Assembly (NCBI GenBank): GCA_951406725.2
Contig: OX597825.1
Location: forward strand, 17,980,001 to 18,044,000
Direction of reading: 5' to 3'
Length of the DNA stretch: 64,000 bases
From: Octopus vulgaris
Taxonomy: Eukaryota
Positions within the stretch are counted from its first letter, which is position 1. Every line of letters starts with the position of its first letter. Made by a program: the position numbers and the translations under genes. The notes under the pieces are model-generated. The model was not told the origin of the DNA. It made no database searches and was given only the letters and a program-made list of their open reading frames with translations. Positions 14,235-28,444 of the stretch are shown here, piece after piece.

Positions 14235-14538
14235 GTGGAGGAGCAATAGCCCAGTAGCTAGGGCATGGCACTTGCGGTCGTAGGATCACGGTTTCGATTC
14301 CCAGGCCGGGCGTTGTGAGTGTTTATTGAGCGAAAACACATAAAGTTTCACGAGGCGCCAGAAGTGGGTGATGGTGATCCCTGCTTTACTCTTTCGCCAC
14401 AATTTTCTCTCACTCTTTCTTCTGTTGGCCTCTTCGCTTAGCCAATGGGGTGACGTCATTTGAAGGCTAAACCAATGCGAAGCGCATTGTGACCTGCGAT
14501 GTGTAGGAACATCTGATGGCCTGGTTGGTCACGTGATA
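14235..14538 (+). mobile_element. Family C tRNA-derived SINE, full length
   Basis: A-box TAGCCCAGTAG, B-box GTTTCGATTCCC; homologous copy on the minus strand at 21072-21366. Confidence 0.88.
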
Positions 14539-16976
14539 TACATACGTATCCATATGTATGTGTGTGTGTCTGTGCATATACGTGTGGGTGTGCCTGTCTG
14601 TGTTCATGTGTGTATGTGAGGGTTTCTACATAGATGCATACATATATGCGAACATACTTACATGCATACAGAATTTACCGTAGACATATATCTACAGATG
14701 TATGAATACATCCATCACTTCAGTTTATCTAGTCAGTTTATGCATCAACGTACAATTTGTATATTCTAGAGGGAATAAAGCAATGCTTCATACTACGTAC
14801 TGTACGATATAGCATTTCCAGCTCATATGCTCGGTTAGAAAATGAATTGTCACGTATATTCAATACCGTGCCCTTTCAGGCGACCAGATATGCTCATTGT
14901 TTACGATAAATTTTGTTTTGTTTCCATCGCTTATTTTTCTAATTGATTTTTGTAATATTACATCGTTTGAGTAAAACTATTCACTGGAATACATTTAATA
15001 AGAGAATTGCATCATAATTATCTTGATTAGAGTTGTTTTGGAACGATTACAATTGAAAATAAATCCCACATGTTTTGAATTTTGCATTTTGTTTATTGTT
15101 TGTTGTTACGCAAATGGGTGTGTATCCCAGGAGAATTGTAAAGCATAAGCTTACACATATATTGAACATTTCATTGCTTAAACTAAAAAAAATAAATATC
15201 CAAAAGCGTAGCAAAAAAACCCCACAAAAAAACAATAACTAAACAAATGTAAGCGTAGCTACAGAGAAAATATCGAAATACGCGTGACTACTAACAAATA
15301 CCATTGTCATAGAATTTTGCAGAAAATGTCAAAAGTTTGCGAAGAAAATTGTAATGATTGTAAATTCTGCTGACATTTCCTGGTCCATTTAAAACAATGA
15401 TAAGTAGGAAGGCGGCAACATGGAATAGATAAATAAATAAATGGAAAAGCAACAAGACTAACTTTAAGTGAGGCTAAAGGAACACTAAATATCTCTGTTA
15501 GGATATTTTTTATGTTTTCAGTGACGGTCTGTATGAACATAATATCAATTGAATATTTGTATGTAGAATATATATATATATATAAATTTCATACCATTCT
15601 TAGAATCAATGCAAGTTACAAGGATTTTTTTTAGTACAGTCAGAAGGAAGAGAGTACTTCAGATCATTGTTAGAATATCTTCGTAAGTGGTGTAAGGAAA
15701 GACTAGCTTGTTCTGGCATCAGGTCCCATAACTTGTAGTAATAAAGTCAAAGCAAATAATCATATTCTGAAATCAATTAATACGTACGTTCCAGAACTGT
15801 ATGACATGTGACAGAAATTATGTCCCTTACGCAAGACTATCCTCTTTCACATATTTTGAAATATATGAACTCAAGAAAGTCCTGCGTAAGAGGTATATTT
15901 CCTATTATATATCATGCAGGTCAGAAACGTACATACTAAATGCTTACAAAATATCATTATTTGATGCCTGCATTATCTGGTTTGACTTCTTTATTATAAC
16001 ACACATACAATAGAGGTTTTTTTTTTTTACCGATTCTAGCACTTGGCTTATACTCTACTTTGTCCACTCTGCAAAAATAAAATACAAAGTCGATCCCATG
16101 GAAATTAATCACATAAGAAATTTATAAGAACCGAAGCAAACGCTGCACATATTTCTGGTATTGTCTGTTGAATCTGGCATTTCCCCAGTTTCTTTCTCCT
16201 GTTCAAATACTAAGTAGTTTTTTTTTCAAACGAAAAGTATGCGAATATTAAAAGAAATCTTGTGATATTGATTGAATTGTTCGTATAATATAAATGAAAA
16301 TAGGTAAACAAAATCTATTAGATATATTTTGTAAAATCATGCAGCGCAGAATATTTGAAATAACTCCATAGAGATTTTAGGTGAGGGATAATCATGACAC
16401 ATTGAAATTAGGATTCTAAAAGCCACCATTGAAGTTGTAACTTTACTCTTTTCAATTCCCAGCTTTCTGTAGTTCGATATAATTATATTTTCATTCGTGT
16501 TTTAAAAGAATAAAAAATCCGTTTCAAATTACATCATTATTTTATCAATACTATATTGTATTTATTTCTTTTATATTTTACCTTATGTTATATAAATTAA
16601 TAAAATAACGAAACGTTACACCCACCCTTCCTTTCAATACCAAATTACTGTTGGAAATTTTACGGATTAATTTACACTGAATCGAAAGAAAATTTCTCAG
16701 TGTATGGCGAAACATCACGTAATATATGTTATTTTTCTCAATGTTTTAAGCTTAAATCCGTTCTAAATTTAGTTTATCTGTCATCTTATAAGCTGATAAC
16801 TTCACGTACTGTCATAAACCACAGACTAGTTATCGAGTAAATACTTTGTTACGCAACAACATAAAGTGCTTTTATACTACTAAATGGGAGAGAATGAAAC
16901 GATCATGTGCTCCCCGGGCAGCGATAATTTTTTCCCACGAAAGATCCGGATCCCAGTAATGAACTCATATACATAC

Positions 16977-17415
16977 AGCCAATCAGAGTTCACATTGACC
17001 TTGTTGTCAAGTTAACACAGCCTGGCATTCAAGAACGGTGTTGTAAGTCGACCGATAGCTAAGTTATGTCTAATTTTGGGGGAAAATTGACTAGATAGAT
17101 TTGCATCTTTACCTATTATCCGATTTTGTATGGCAAAGATGTGGATGGGAAAAATGTGGGTAGAGGATGATGTGCTAGTGATCCTCTAACTTTAATGTTT
17201 TACAAAGTAAGCAAAAACACAAATAACAACGCAGGGGCAGCCATAGTTGAAGCAGAAACAAGAAGAACAGGCATTAGTAAAACAGAGAAGAAGCATAGTC
17301 ATTCCTTACCGAAGTGACCTTATCTTATCGTCCATCACTTATACGCTCATAAATTAGTTTGACGTTTGAGCACTTATTGGTTGTATGCAAATGAGTTCAT
17401 TGTTGGGGTCAGGAA
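16977..17415. promoter_or_regulatory. Candidate cis-regulatory cluster
   Basis: CCAAT at 16979; AGTTCA-cat-TGACCT at 16987-17001; ATTGG at 17376; octamer ATGCAAAT at 17385; Sox-like CATTGTT at 17398; GGGTCA at 17406. Motif matches only. Confidence 0.25.
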
Positions 17416-18899
17416 CTCAGTGGCGAAAAAAAACAAATTCGTGGCCGGGCAATGAAGTCGTTTTGGTGACAGTACGTTTTAGCACTGGAGGCAGACAGTC
17501 CCACTACCACGAACTAGCACTTGCATGGAGAAATATATATACGGAGAGAGAATGAGTGGGAAAGAGAGAAGAACAGAGGGAGAGAGAGAAAGAGAGAGAT
17601 TATTTGTTGAGTGCATTTGAAATACTTTCCGTCTTCTCATATAGATGGAGAGAAATAAGCTTGCATACATAAACAGAGATTGCGGAGAAAGAGAGAGGTT
17701 TGTAGGTAGGGAAAAAATTAGTAAATAAATGTTAAACCGTCTAATGACAAATAAGTCAGCGTCGAATCAACGGCATCAAACAGGTGGTGCTAAAGATGAT
17801 GTCCCGAAGCATCTCACTCATCCCATCTAGGGACTCTTAAAAAACAGGGTAGTAAAGTTTGAACTCATAGCTACTGGAGATCAATTCAACCAGTTTCCTC
17901 ATTTGTATAACTCATCACCACCGGCAGGTATTCCATTGCATGCAAATCGTGATACTTTCGGTTCTATGTGCAATTAACAGAAGATAATTTTTTTCTGTTA
18001 TGGACGAAAGATTGTTAATTTGTACATGTAGATGTCTCATTTCATTGTTTTCAATGTAAATAAGCGACTTTATCTCTGTATACACCATGACAATATAAAC
18101 TTATAAAATTGTAATATAAATATGAGTTATTTTACGTAACAGCCTCTGGGTTGTAAGATTATCTCCCTAGAGCCACACATTCCTACGTTTGATATTAATG
18201 TATCTGTGAAGGCCTGCGCCAAATATTATTCATTATTTCATTACAACGCATCATATTCTAATTCCAAATCCGGTTAAGATCACCTTTTATTATTCATTCT
18301 TGAGGGAGCATTCAACTGACGCTTAACAACGAAGACAATATATGAAACAAGTCACAAATTCAGCCCATTTTTATTGAACTTTTCCCATAAAGTATGATCT
18401 TCATTCTCATTCTACGTTAGAAGTGATTATGAGAAAATAAATTCGTAATCATAACGGGTATTATATATTTCTTTTCTTTTTTTTAAATTTTCTTTCTACT
18501 TCATTATCAAGTGTGTGAAACACTAACTAAAAAAAAAAAAACGAAAATAAAATAATAAAACAGGGAAAGAAAACAAAAATACAAATAACTTTTTTTTTTC
18601 TGTAGAGAGGGAAGGGCTGAACTATGTATCATTTTATTTCATTAAATATCGGGTCACTCAATGTAAACGTTCCTCTATTATACTTTTGCTGAAACATTTA
18701 CTCTCGGCATTTACAATCGAAATGTTCACGCCAGCATTTTGCAAGCATCACTCGACGTCTCTATTAAACAAACACATCACAGTTTGAGTGTGTTGACTGT
18801 ACACATTAATCATTGTGCTTTATTTGTCAACACATTACATAAAGTGTTTACACAATGACTCAGTTATCGATCTCCTTCTTATGTACAAAACGTTATTTA

Positions 18900-18989
18900 A
18901 TCACCATCACCATCATCTTCATCATCATCATCATCATCATCATCATCTTTATTATTATCATTTTTGTTATTGTTGTACTTCATATATTA

Positions 18990-19050
<61 letters not shown>

Positions 19051-19105
19051 TGTTATTATTGTTATCATCATCATTTTTGTTATTGTTGTACTTCCTATAT
19101 TATCC

Positions 19106-19155
<50 letters not shown>

Positions 19156-19312
19156 ATTATTATTATTATCATCATCATCATTTTTGTTATTGTTGTACTT
19201 CATATTATTATTATTATTATTATTTTTATCATTATTATTATTACTGCTCTTCTTCTTCTTCTTCTTCTTCTTCTTATTATTAGTATTAGTAGTAGATGTA
19301 GTAGTAGTAGTG

Positions 19313-19356
<44 letters not shown>

Positions 19357-19495
19357 TGTTGTAGTGACAGTAGTTCCATCCGCCTTATCCTTCTCTCCCT
19401 CCTATTCGTCGTCGTCGTCCTCCGCCTCATACTCCTCCTTTTCCTACATATTATCCTCCCCTCCTCATCCTCCTCTTCCTCCTCCGCATCATTAT
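18900..19495. repeat. Compound trinucleotide array (CAT, ATT, CTT, AGT, GTC, CCT)
   Basis: Direct inspection. Confidence 0.95.
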
Positions 19496-19784
19496 TTTTT
19501 TTTCTTCTTTTTACATCTCATAGAGTACAATTATTTAATCAAGCAATGAATCGCACATAATGTAATTTTAACGAAAACTTGAAATAAATCTTCTCAGTCC
19601 GTATGCTATGAACTAAATTAGGTTTCCTGTTGAATGTTTACAGAAGTAAACTCAAGTGAAAATGACCCGTTAAAATATGAAAACCGACATTAATGAACAA
19701 TTTGTAAGATAAGGCATACGCCGCATTCCTAAATTTTTATTTGCAAAAAGACAGAGACACTCTCAGCCAAATTTCTTCACCGAA

Positions 19785-20380
19785 GGAGCAGGAGTGGCTG
19801 TGTGAAGCAACATCTGATAGCCTGGTCGGTCACGTGATCACATGGTTAATGTAATAGACTTTCTGACTCCAAATGTCGCTGGGTAAGACTTCGCCTTTCA
19901 TTCTTTCGGGGTCGATTAAATAAGTACCGGTTGAGTGCTAGGGTCGATGTAATCGACTTACCCACCCCAACAAATTTGCTGACCATGTTCCATAATAGAT
20001 TAGACTTGCCTACCAACCGCATGATTCCGGGTTCAATTCCACTGCATGGCACCTTGGACAAGAGTCTTCTACTATAGCCTCGGGCCGAACAAAGCGTTGT
20101 GAGGGGATTGGGTAGACGGAAAGTGAAAGAAGCCCTTCGTATATATGTATATATGTGTGTGTGTATTTGAGTGTATGTGCTTGTCCCCTCAACATCACTT
20201 GACAGCCGAAGCTGGTGTGTTTACGTCCCCATAACTTAGCGATTCGGCAAAAGAGGCCGATAGAATAAGTACTAAGCTTACAAAGAATAAGACCTGGGGA
20301 CGATTTGCTCGACTAAAGGCGGTGCTCCAGCATGGCCGCAGTCAAATGACTGAAACAAGGAAAAGAGAGAAAGAAAGAGA
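19785..20380 (+). mobile_element. Family A SINE, head interrupted by a ~195-bp insertion
   Basis: GGAGCAGGAGTGGCTGTGTG at 19785-19804 resumes at ~20001 (CTTGCCTACCAACC). Confidence 0.85.
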
Positions 20381-20924
20381 GTAGTCCGAAGCAATTACTC
20401 TCTCAGTTACTTTCTTTCTCTCTCTCTCTGTCTCTCTTTCCCCCTCAGTTGAGCATTAATTTCTTAGTATAGTCGTCTTTCCATATATAAGTTATATTTA
20501 TTTCTTTATTGCCCTCAGGGGGCTGACTATAGGGGAGACAAACAAGGACAGAAGTCACATTGACTCTACCAATCAACAATCTGTCAGTCAGCGAACCAAC
20601 AGTAACAAAAATTATGTTGTCAGCGCACGTACAAAGTTAAAAATTTGATATTTCCAAATTGTATTCGGTTAATCAGTTAGCTTAGTCTTCATTTGTTCAA
20701 AGAATTATAATTCTGCTTTATGTTAGTTATAGTTCTGCTTTATTAGAAACTTTTCTGTCACTTTAGAGGTTCAATTTTAACATACTTGATACTCACGCGT
20801 TTTCTTCTCTCACTAAGTTGAGTAGAGCCTGGTAAAATACCGGTTCATGAGAACCAAACCGAACCTAATGCACATAGTCGTTCAGGTGATAATATTAGTC
20901 TAATTTATTATTGATATCACACTT

Positions 20925-21060
20925 TGAGACAATCCCAGCAAATTTCTGGGAGAGGGTAAGTCGATTACATCGACCCTAGCACTGAACCGGTAATTATTTA
21001 CTCGACCCCGAAAGAATGAAAGGCGAAGTCTTACCCAGCGGCATTTGAACTCAGAATGTC
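20925..21060 (-). mobile_element. Family B SINE fragment
   Basis: TCGACCCCGAAAGAATGAAAGGC and TTTGAACTCAG are the reverse complement of the family B domain and B-box. Confidence 0.8.
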
Positions 21061-21071
21061 TAATACATTAA

Positions 21072-21366
21072 TCACGTATCAGATGTTGCTACTCATCGCT
21101 GGTCACAATGCGCTTCGCATTGTCTTTTTTGTAGCCTTCAGATGACGCCACCCCACCGGCTAAACGAGCAGGCGTACAGAAGAAAGTGTGAGAGAAAGTT
21201 GTGGTGAAAGACTACAGCAGGGATCGCCACCACACCCTGTCGGAGCCTCTTGGAGATTTAGGTGTTTTCGCTCAATAAACACTCACAAGGCCCGATCTGG
21301 GAATGGAAACTGCGATCCTACGACCGCGAGTCCACTGCCCTAATCACTGGGCCATTGCGCCTCCAC
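21072..21366 (-). mobile_element. Family C SINE
   Basis: Reverse complement of the 14235-14538 family; flanked by TAATACATTA at 21061 and 21374 (possible TSD). Confidence 0.88.
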
Positions 21367-21397
21367 AATATATTAATACATTAGTCTAATATATTAT

Positions 21398-21612
21398 TCT
21401 TTCTAATATTGGCTGAAGGCCTAAAGTTTTTGATAGGTAGATTCTAGTTGATGCGTCGCCCCTAGTGCTCAATTGACTTTAATTTTATCAATTCCAAAAC
21501 GATGAAACTCTAAGATAACCTCGGTGAAACTAGAACTCAGAACGTTATGCCCGAAGAAGTGTCTGCTAATCATTTTATCTGGCATGATAACGATTCTGAC
21601 AGCTGATTGGCC
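21398..21612 (-). mobile_element. Old family B SINE
   Basis: GAACTCAGAACG B-box region and ACGATTCTGACAGCT head in reverse. Confidence 0.6.
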
Positions 21613-23699
21613 TAGTGTGATATATTAAAACACAGCATACACTGTTATATAAATACACAAGATTATATAAATATAACTGTGTATAGTATAAAATAATACA
21701 ATTTGAGAGAATCTAATGCAAAATGACAATGCATCTGTGTTAGTTAAAATTAGCGTGGAATGAACTTTTTGTGACCTCCAAAACAAAAAGGAAGCGAAGG
21801 AGAAAATGCTAACTATTCGGTCCTGGTGATAATGGCTACGGTTTTAAAGAATAGCAACGATGGTGGTAATGATGGGTGTGGGTGAATGATGATGAGCAGG
21901 AAAAAAAAACGGCTGAGGAGGGCGTTGGCACCGGTGGTGGTTGTTGTGATAATGAGGATAATGATTATGGCATTCCTGGTGTTTTCGTTGTTAGGTGGTG
22001 TTAATGTGTATCTTCTTGATAACATTTAATATTAAAATGAACGTCTTGGAGATTTTTAGCCGTGTTTGTCATGTTAGTGTTCGTATTGCGATTCTTTATG
22101 TAGTTGTTGGTGGTGTTGCGCTATTGTTGTTGCTGTTGCTGTTGTTAGCGTTGGTGGTTACTTTGTGAATGTATATGTTGAGGTTAGGAGTTTGTTGTGG
22201 AGGGTCGGAAATGGCTATTAATTTTTTTTACTATAGTTATGAGCAAAGGTTGGAAACTATGGAGATATTAATTACTGATGATGATGATGATGATGATGAT
22301 AATGATGAAGATGAAGATGGCAAAAGTGGTGGTTTTTAATGGCGGTGATTTTTGGTGGTGTTGTGGCGGTGGTATTTGTGATGATGATGATGATGATGAT
22401 AGTGATGATGGCGACTTGTTTTGATAATTAAAATAATAAGAAGAAAAAGGAGAAAAAGAAGACGAGCAAGAAGGAGAAGAACAACAATAGCAACAAGAAC
22501 AACTACTACAGGAGCAAAAAATAGATTTAGAATAGAATGAAGATGGTGAAGGTCGAAGGTTATGAAGAATAAATGATCACCACACAAATCCCTCGAAACG
22601 AATATGTGAACAGGAAAACACAGCTTATCTGATACCTATGCGCATGTTCGGTGGTCACACACTAACAATCACTGACATACACAATACACATATATATATA
22701 TATATATATACATACATATACACGCATACACACACAAAAATGCACACACTGTTACGCATTGACAGAAAAGCTAACACACTAACTGACAAAATATATTTCT
22801 TAAAAATACATTCGTGTAAATTGTTTTTAACATATAATTTCTACAGCAACAAGAGGTCGAGAAGTCACAATATAAAAACAATATAACAACTGTATGAAAA
22901 ACATAAGGAAACAATACAAAAAATGATTGGAACATGCTAGGCACACAATGTACAAATTCGATATAAAGGCATAGAAATATAATATAATGAAGGGAAAATT
23001 TAAACAAATATCTACAAAATATGTAATTTTGATTAATTATGGAACCATTGTAAATGTTGAAAAGCCAGATCTTCGGTCTTGGGTTTGTATAAAGTTAATT
23101 ACATTGAACAAAATGTAATATATACATGAATGTATATATATGCACACATCCACAAACACACACACAAACACACACACAGAGAAGAACATGTTCTCGTGAC
23201 TGTGTGTATAGATATATAGAGCATTTGTCCTCAACTATGGTCACCCCCTCAGTGTTAATTTTATAGCAGAGATCGACGCAGTTTAGTTGTGCAAACACGA
23301 AGCAGACTGCATCAGTGAAATATTTGGGCGACTGGAAGAGAGTTAAAATTGCGAACCTGCTCCTTGGAGCATTATGAGGCTTTTGCCCTAACTAAGCTAG
23401 TTAGCCTAACTAAACGCGTATATAAATACATATACATATGTATGTATACACTAATGACTAGTAGGTACGTGGCATTTCGTTATGCAAACATAACATAATC
23501 TAAAGTACGTTAAATGTTTTTATAAGTCACCACGACCTTCTCCCTTAGCAGTGCTTGTTATATTATCTTGTTAAGATCATTTCTTCAGAAGTCATAGCCA
23601 GTACTGATGTTTACATCTGAGGTCTGGATACGAAAGGTTGTAGCAAAACATCAATGCTGGTTATAATTTCTGTAAAAATAATTTAACAATATATATGTA

Positions 23700-25262
23700 C
23701 GCATGTATGTATGTATGTATGTGTGTATGTATGTATGTATGTATGTATGTATGTATATATGTATGTATATATGTATGAATGTATGTATGTATGTATGTAT
23801 GTATGTATGTATGTATGTATGCATGCATGCATGTATGTATGTATGTATGTACGTACATGTATGTATGTATGTATGTATGTATGTATGTATGTATGTATGT
23901 ATGTATGTATGTATGTATGTATGCATGCATGTATGTATGTATGTACGTACGTATGTATGCATGCATGTATGTATGTATGTATGTATGTATGTATGTATGT
24001 ATGTATGTATGTATGTATGCAAGCATGCATGTATGTATGTATGTATGTATGCAAGCATGCATGTATGTATGTATGCATGTATGTATGTATGCATGTATGT
24101 ATGTATGTATGTATGTATGTATGCAAGCATGCATGTATGTATGTATGTATGCATGTATGTATGTATGTACGTATGTATGTATGCATGCATGTATGTACGT
24201 ATGTATGTATGTATGTATGTATGTATGCAAGCATGCATGTATGTATGTATGTATGCATGTATGTATGTATGTATGTATGTATGTATGTATGTATGTATGT
24301 ATGTATGTATGTATGTATGTATGTATGTATGTATGTATGTATGTATGTATGTATGTATGTATGTATGTATGTATGTATGTATGTATGTATGTATGTATGT
24401 ATGTATGTATGTATGTATGGATGGATGCATGTATGTATGTATGTATGTATGTATGTATGTATGTATGCATGCATGTATGTATGTATGTATGTATGTATGT
24501 ATGTATGTATGTATGTATGTATGCATGTATGTATGTATGTATGTATGTATGCAAGCATGCATGTATGTATGTATGTATGTATGTATGCATGTATGTATGT
24601 ATGTATGTATGTATGTATGTATGTATGTATGTATGTATGTATGTATGTATGTATGTATGTATGCATGCATGTATGTATGTATGTATGTATGTATGTATGT
24701 ATGTATGTATGTATGTATGCATGTATGTATGTATGTATGTATGCATGCATGTATGTATGTATGTATGTATGTATGTATGTATGTATGTATGTATGTATGT
24801 ATGTATGTATGTATGTATGTATGTATGTATGTATGTATGTATGTATGTATGTATGTATGTATGTATGCATGTATGTATGTATGTATGTATGTATGTATGT
24901 ATGTATGTATGTATGTATGTATGTATGTATGTATGTATGTATGTATGTATGCATGCATGTATGTATGTATGTATGTATGTATGTATGCAAGCATGCATGT
25001 ATGTATGTATGTATGTATGTATGTATGTATGTATGTATGTATGTATGTATGCATGCATGTATGTATGTATGTATGTATGTATGCAAGCATGCATGTATGT
25101 ATGTATGTATGTATGTATGTATGTACGTATGTATGTATGCATGCATGTATGTATGTATGTATGTATGTATGCATGTATGTATGTATGTATGTATGTATAT
25201 GTGTATATATGTATGTATGTATGAATGTATATATGTATGTACGTATGCATGTATATATGTAT
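23700..25262. repeat. ~1.55-kb (ATGT)n tetranucleotide array
   Basis: Direct inspection; ATGC, AAGC and ACGT variant units. Confidence 0.98.
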
Positions 25263-25361
25263 TTGATTGTGTGTTTGTGCTTGTATGTGTGCACGTAATG
25301 CATATTTTAATTCTCTGCAATAGTATACGAGTGTGTACAATCAGTGTTTGCGTATCTTTTA

Positions 25362-25505
25362 TCTTTTATCTTTTACTTGTTTCAGTCATTTGACTGCGGC
25401 CATGCTGGAGCACCGCCTTTAGTCGAGCAAATCGACCCCGTGACTTATTCTTTGTAAGCCCAGTACTTATTCTATCGGTCTCTTTTGCCGAACCGCTAAG
25501 TGACG
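25362..25505 (-). mobile_element. Family A SINE 3' fragment
   Basis: CTTTTACTTGTTTCAGTCATTTGACTGCGGCCATGCTGGAGCACC. Confidence 0.85.
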
Positions 25506-25958
25506 TTTTTATATAATTATATGAAGTGATGTTGATTTTGAAAAAATATGTTTCAGTGTATGTGTTTATATAATATGTAAATATGTATGAATACGTACTG
25601 AGCACTCTTCGCCATATGGGCAAATACTGACGGACAGTAAGAAAGCGGAGATGCTATCCATCCCAAGATTAAATTTAAACCGCAGTGATATGAATCTCCC
25701 TTTACAACAGACATCAATTTCCTGCTACTACGGTACTTACAATGACCATTAACGAATCGATTATAATTTCATTTTATTTTATAATCATATTCAATACTTT
25801 TAATTAAGATAGACATATCTGGCGTCGGTTTTGACGACACGGTAACATTAATAAATAATAGCTTCTGTGTCACAGCAGAAAAAAAAATAATAATAAAGGC
25901 CACGTTTGGTGAAGATGGTGATGGTGATAGTGAAGGCAGAAGCAGTAATGTTGGTGGT

Positions 25959-26381
25959 AGAAGAAGAAGAAGAAGAAGAAGAAGAAGAAGAAGAAGAAGA
26001 AGAAGAAGAAGAAGAAGAAGAAGAAGAAGAAGAAGAAGAAGAAGAAGAAGAAGAAGAAGAAGAAGAAGAAAAGAAGAAGAGAAGAAGAAGAAGAAGAAGA
26101 AGAAGAAGAAGAAGAAGAAGAGAAGAAGAAGAAGAAGAAGAAGAAGAAGAAGAAGAAGAAGAAGAAGAAGACGAAGAAGAAGAAGAAGAAGAAGAAGAAG
26201 AAGAAGAAGAAGAAGAAGAGAAGAAGAAGAAGAAGAAGAAGAAGAAGAAGAAGAAGAAGAAGACGAAGAAGAAGAAGAAGAAGAAGAAGAAGAAGAAAAA
26301 GAAGAAGACGAAGAAGAAGAAGAAGAAGAAGAAGAAGAAGAAGCGGAAGAGTAAGAAGAAGATGATGATGATGAAGAAGAA

Positions 26382-26412
<31 letters not shown>

Positions 26413-26545
26413 TAGAAGAAGAAGCAAAGGAAGAAGACAGGAGAAAAAGAAGAAGAAGAAGAAGAAGAAGAAGAAGAAGAAGAAGAAGAAGAAGAAGAAG
26501 AAGAAGAAGAAGAAGAAGAAGAAGAAGAAGAAGATGATGATGATG
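25959..26545. repeat. (GAA)n array, ~590 bp
   Basis: Direct inspection. Confidence 0.97.
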
Positions 26546-27185
26546 ATAGAGATGATGAAGAAAGTGGTATGACGAAGGACAGAAACAAAGAAATAACGAA
26601 ACCCCCCCACCCAAAAAAAAACAAAAGAATAAACAGACAGCACCATCACCATTACCTTGCTACCACCGTTATGTAATCAACAACAACACCAACAACAACG
26701 ACAACAACAGCAGTAATTTCATCGGCAATAATAACAAGAAACTCGTGTAGAGATAACAAATGTGTTACTTACTAGCGACATGTATAAGCGAGGCAAAGCA
26801 CAAAATAATCAGTGAATTTCTTGATTCAGGCTTCCACATATTGTTCTAGCTTCAATGTGCTTACATAAATAGACTAATTTTATAAAGTAATATGGATATA
26901 TATATATATATGTAAGAACCTAATTAAATTATATAAATTGCAACCACAAGGCGACACATAAAAAACTGAAAAAGGAAGCTAAATCGTAATAAATCACTAA
27001 ATGGGGGTAATAAAATACATTAACACACCCTATCCAAAACTATGTGCTACATACATGCAAACACATATTTATAAAAGTACAACATACAAACAACAGGATA
27101 CACGTATACATGTCCAAGTGAATGTGTATGTGTGCTTGTATATATATGCACGTGTACATATATTTATGTGTGATTGTATACATGC

Positions 27186-27285
<100 letters not shown>

Positions 27286-27335
27286 GCCTCACGGGCTATC
27301 CTTTACTGGAAAGCAATATTTTCGTATTGCATAAC

Positions 27336-27429
<94 letters not shown>

Positions 27430-28385
27430 TCAGAGAAACATACAAAACACCCACATACACACACCAGTGCGCACACACAGACACGCACACAAATATGTGA
27501 TAGATTATCTCGTCGTGAAGATAAGGTTTCAGTAAAATAAGGCGTTAATCATGTTCAATGGACACGGATGTATCTCACGGATGGTGGTATCTTGCCAACT
27601 ATTGGGTAAAAGGAACAATTTGAGGACTCAGTACATTTGAGACTTTGAGGATCATTTATTAGGTGTTTTCTTGGGTGGAAAAAAAGGCCTCCTTTGTTTC
27701 TATTCACAAAAGAAGACTGTCAGGGAAGATTTCCATTTAGAGAAGCAGCGTATATATTCATATAGGCTTGGCTATGTGATAAGGGAATACCTTCCAAAGC
27801 ACATGGTTCTGGATTGAGTTCCACTGTGTGATCTAAAGCGTCATCTATACTCATATAACGATAAAAGTCTTGCGAGTGGATTTTTTATACAGAAATATAT
27901 CCTTGAGTTTTTAATTTTTTATGACTTTCAACCAAAAGCTGAAAATATGCTCAGGCACCTTCTTTCAGTGATTTTTCTGTGTTGGTTGAGGTGAATTAGC
28001 GAGTTGGTTGAGCCGCCTTCCTTTGTGCATCCTGCTATGTTGTGCTTCCATCTATCACTTGAGATAGAAATTCGATGTGTATATATCACTGCATATTTTT
28101 CAAGCTTTTTCGATAAAGAGTAGAGATTCAGTTCTTTTAGTCACCCCCAGTTGCTCACAGTTTCATCGAGTCAATCTTCTTTGTATAGTGAAGAATGCCC
28201 ACATATCCGCCACCAGTTTGAATCGCTGCGGTGACCACAGTTTAGTAGTTCGGTAGAGGAGGCAAATGGGCTAAGTACAAGGTATAAAAGAAAAAAAAAA
28301 CTGGACACAAATCATTCGACGAAAGAAATTTTAATATCTGAAAGAAGTCTAATATCCACAGTCTAATATCTGAAACAAGTGAAAG

Positions 28386-28443
<58 letters not shown>

Positions 28444-28444
<1 letters not shown>

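Noticed and set aside
23651-25393. 480-560-aa ORFs in all six frames
   Set aside because: Stop-free translation of (ATGT)n; no coding signal
25769-26652. Poly-E/K/S/L/F ORFs
   Set aside because: Artefacts of (GAA)n
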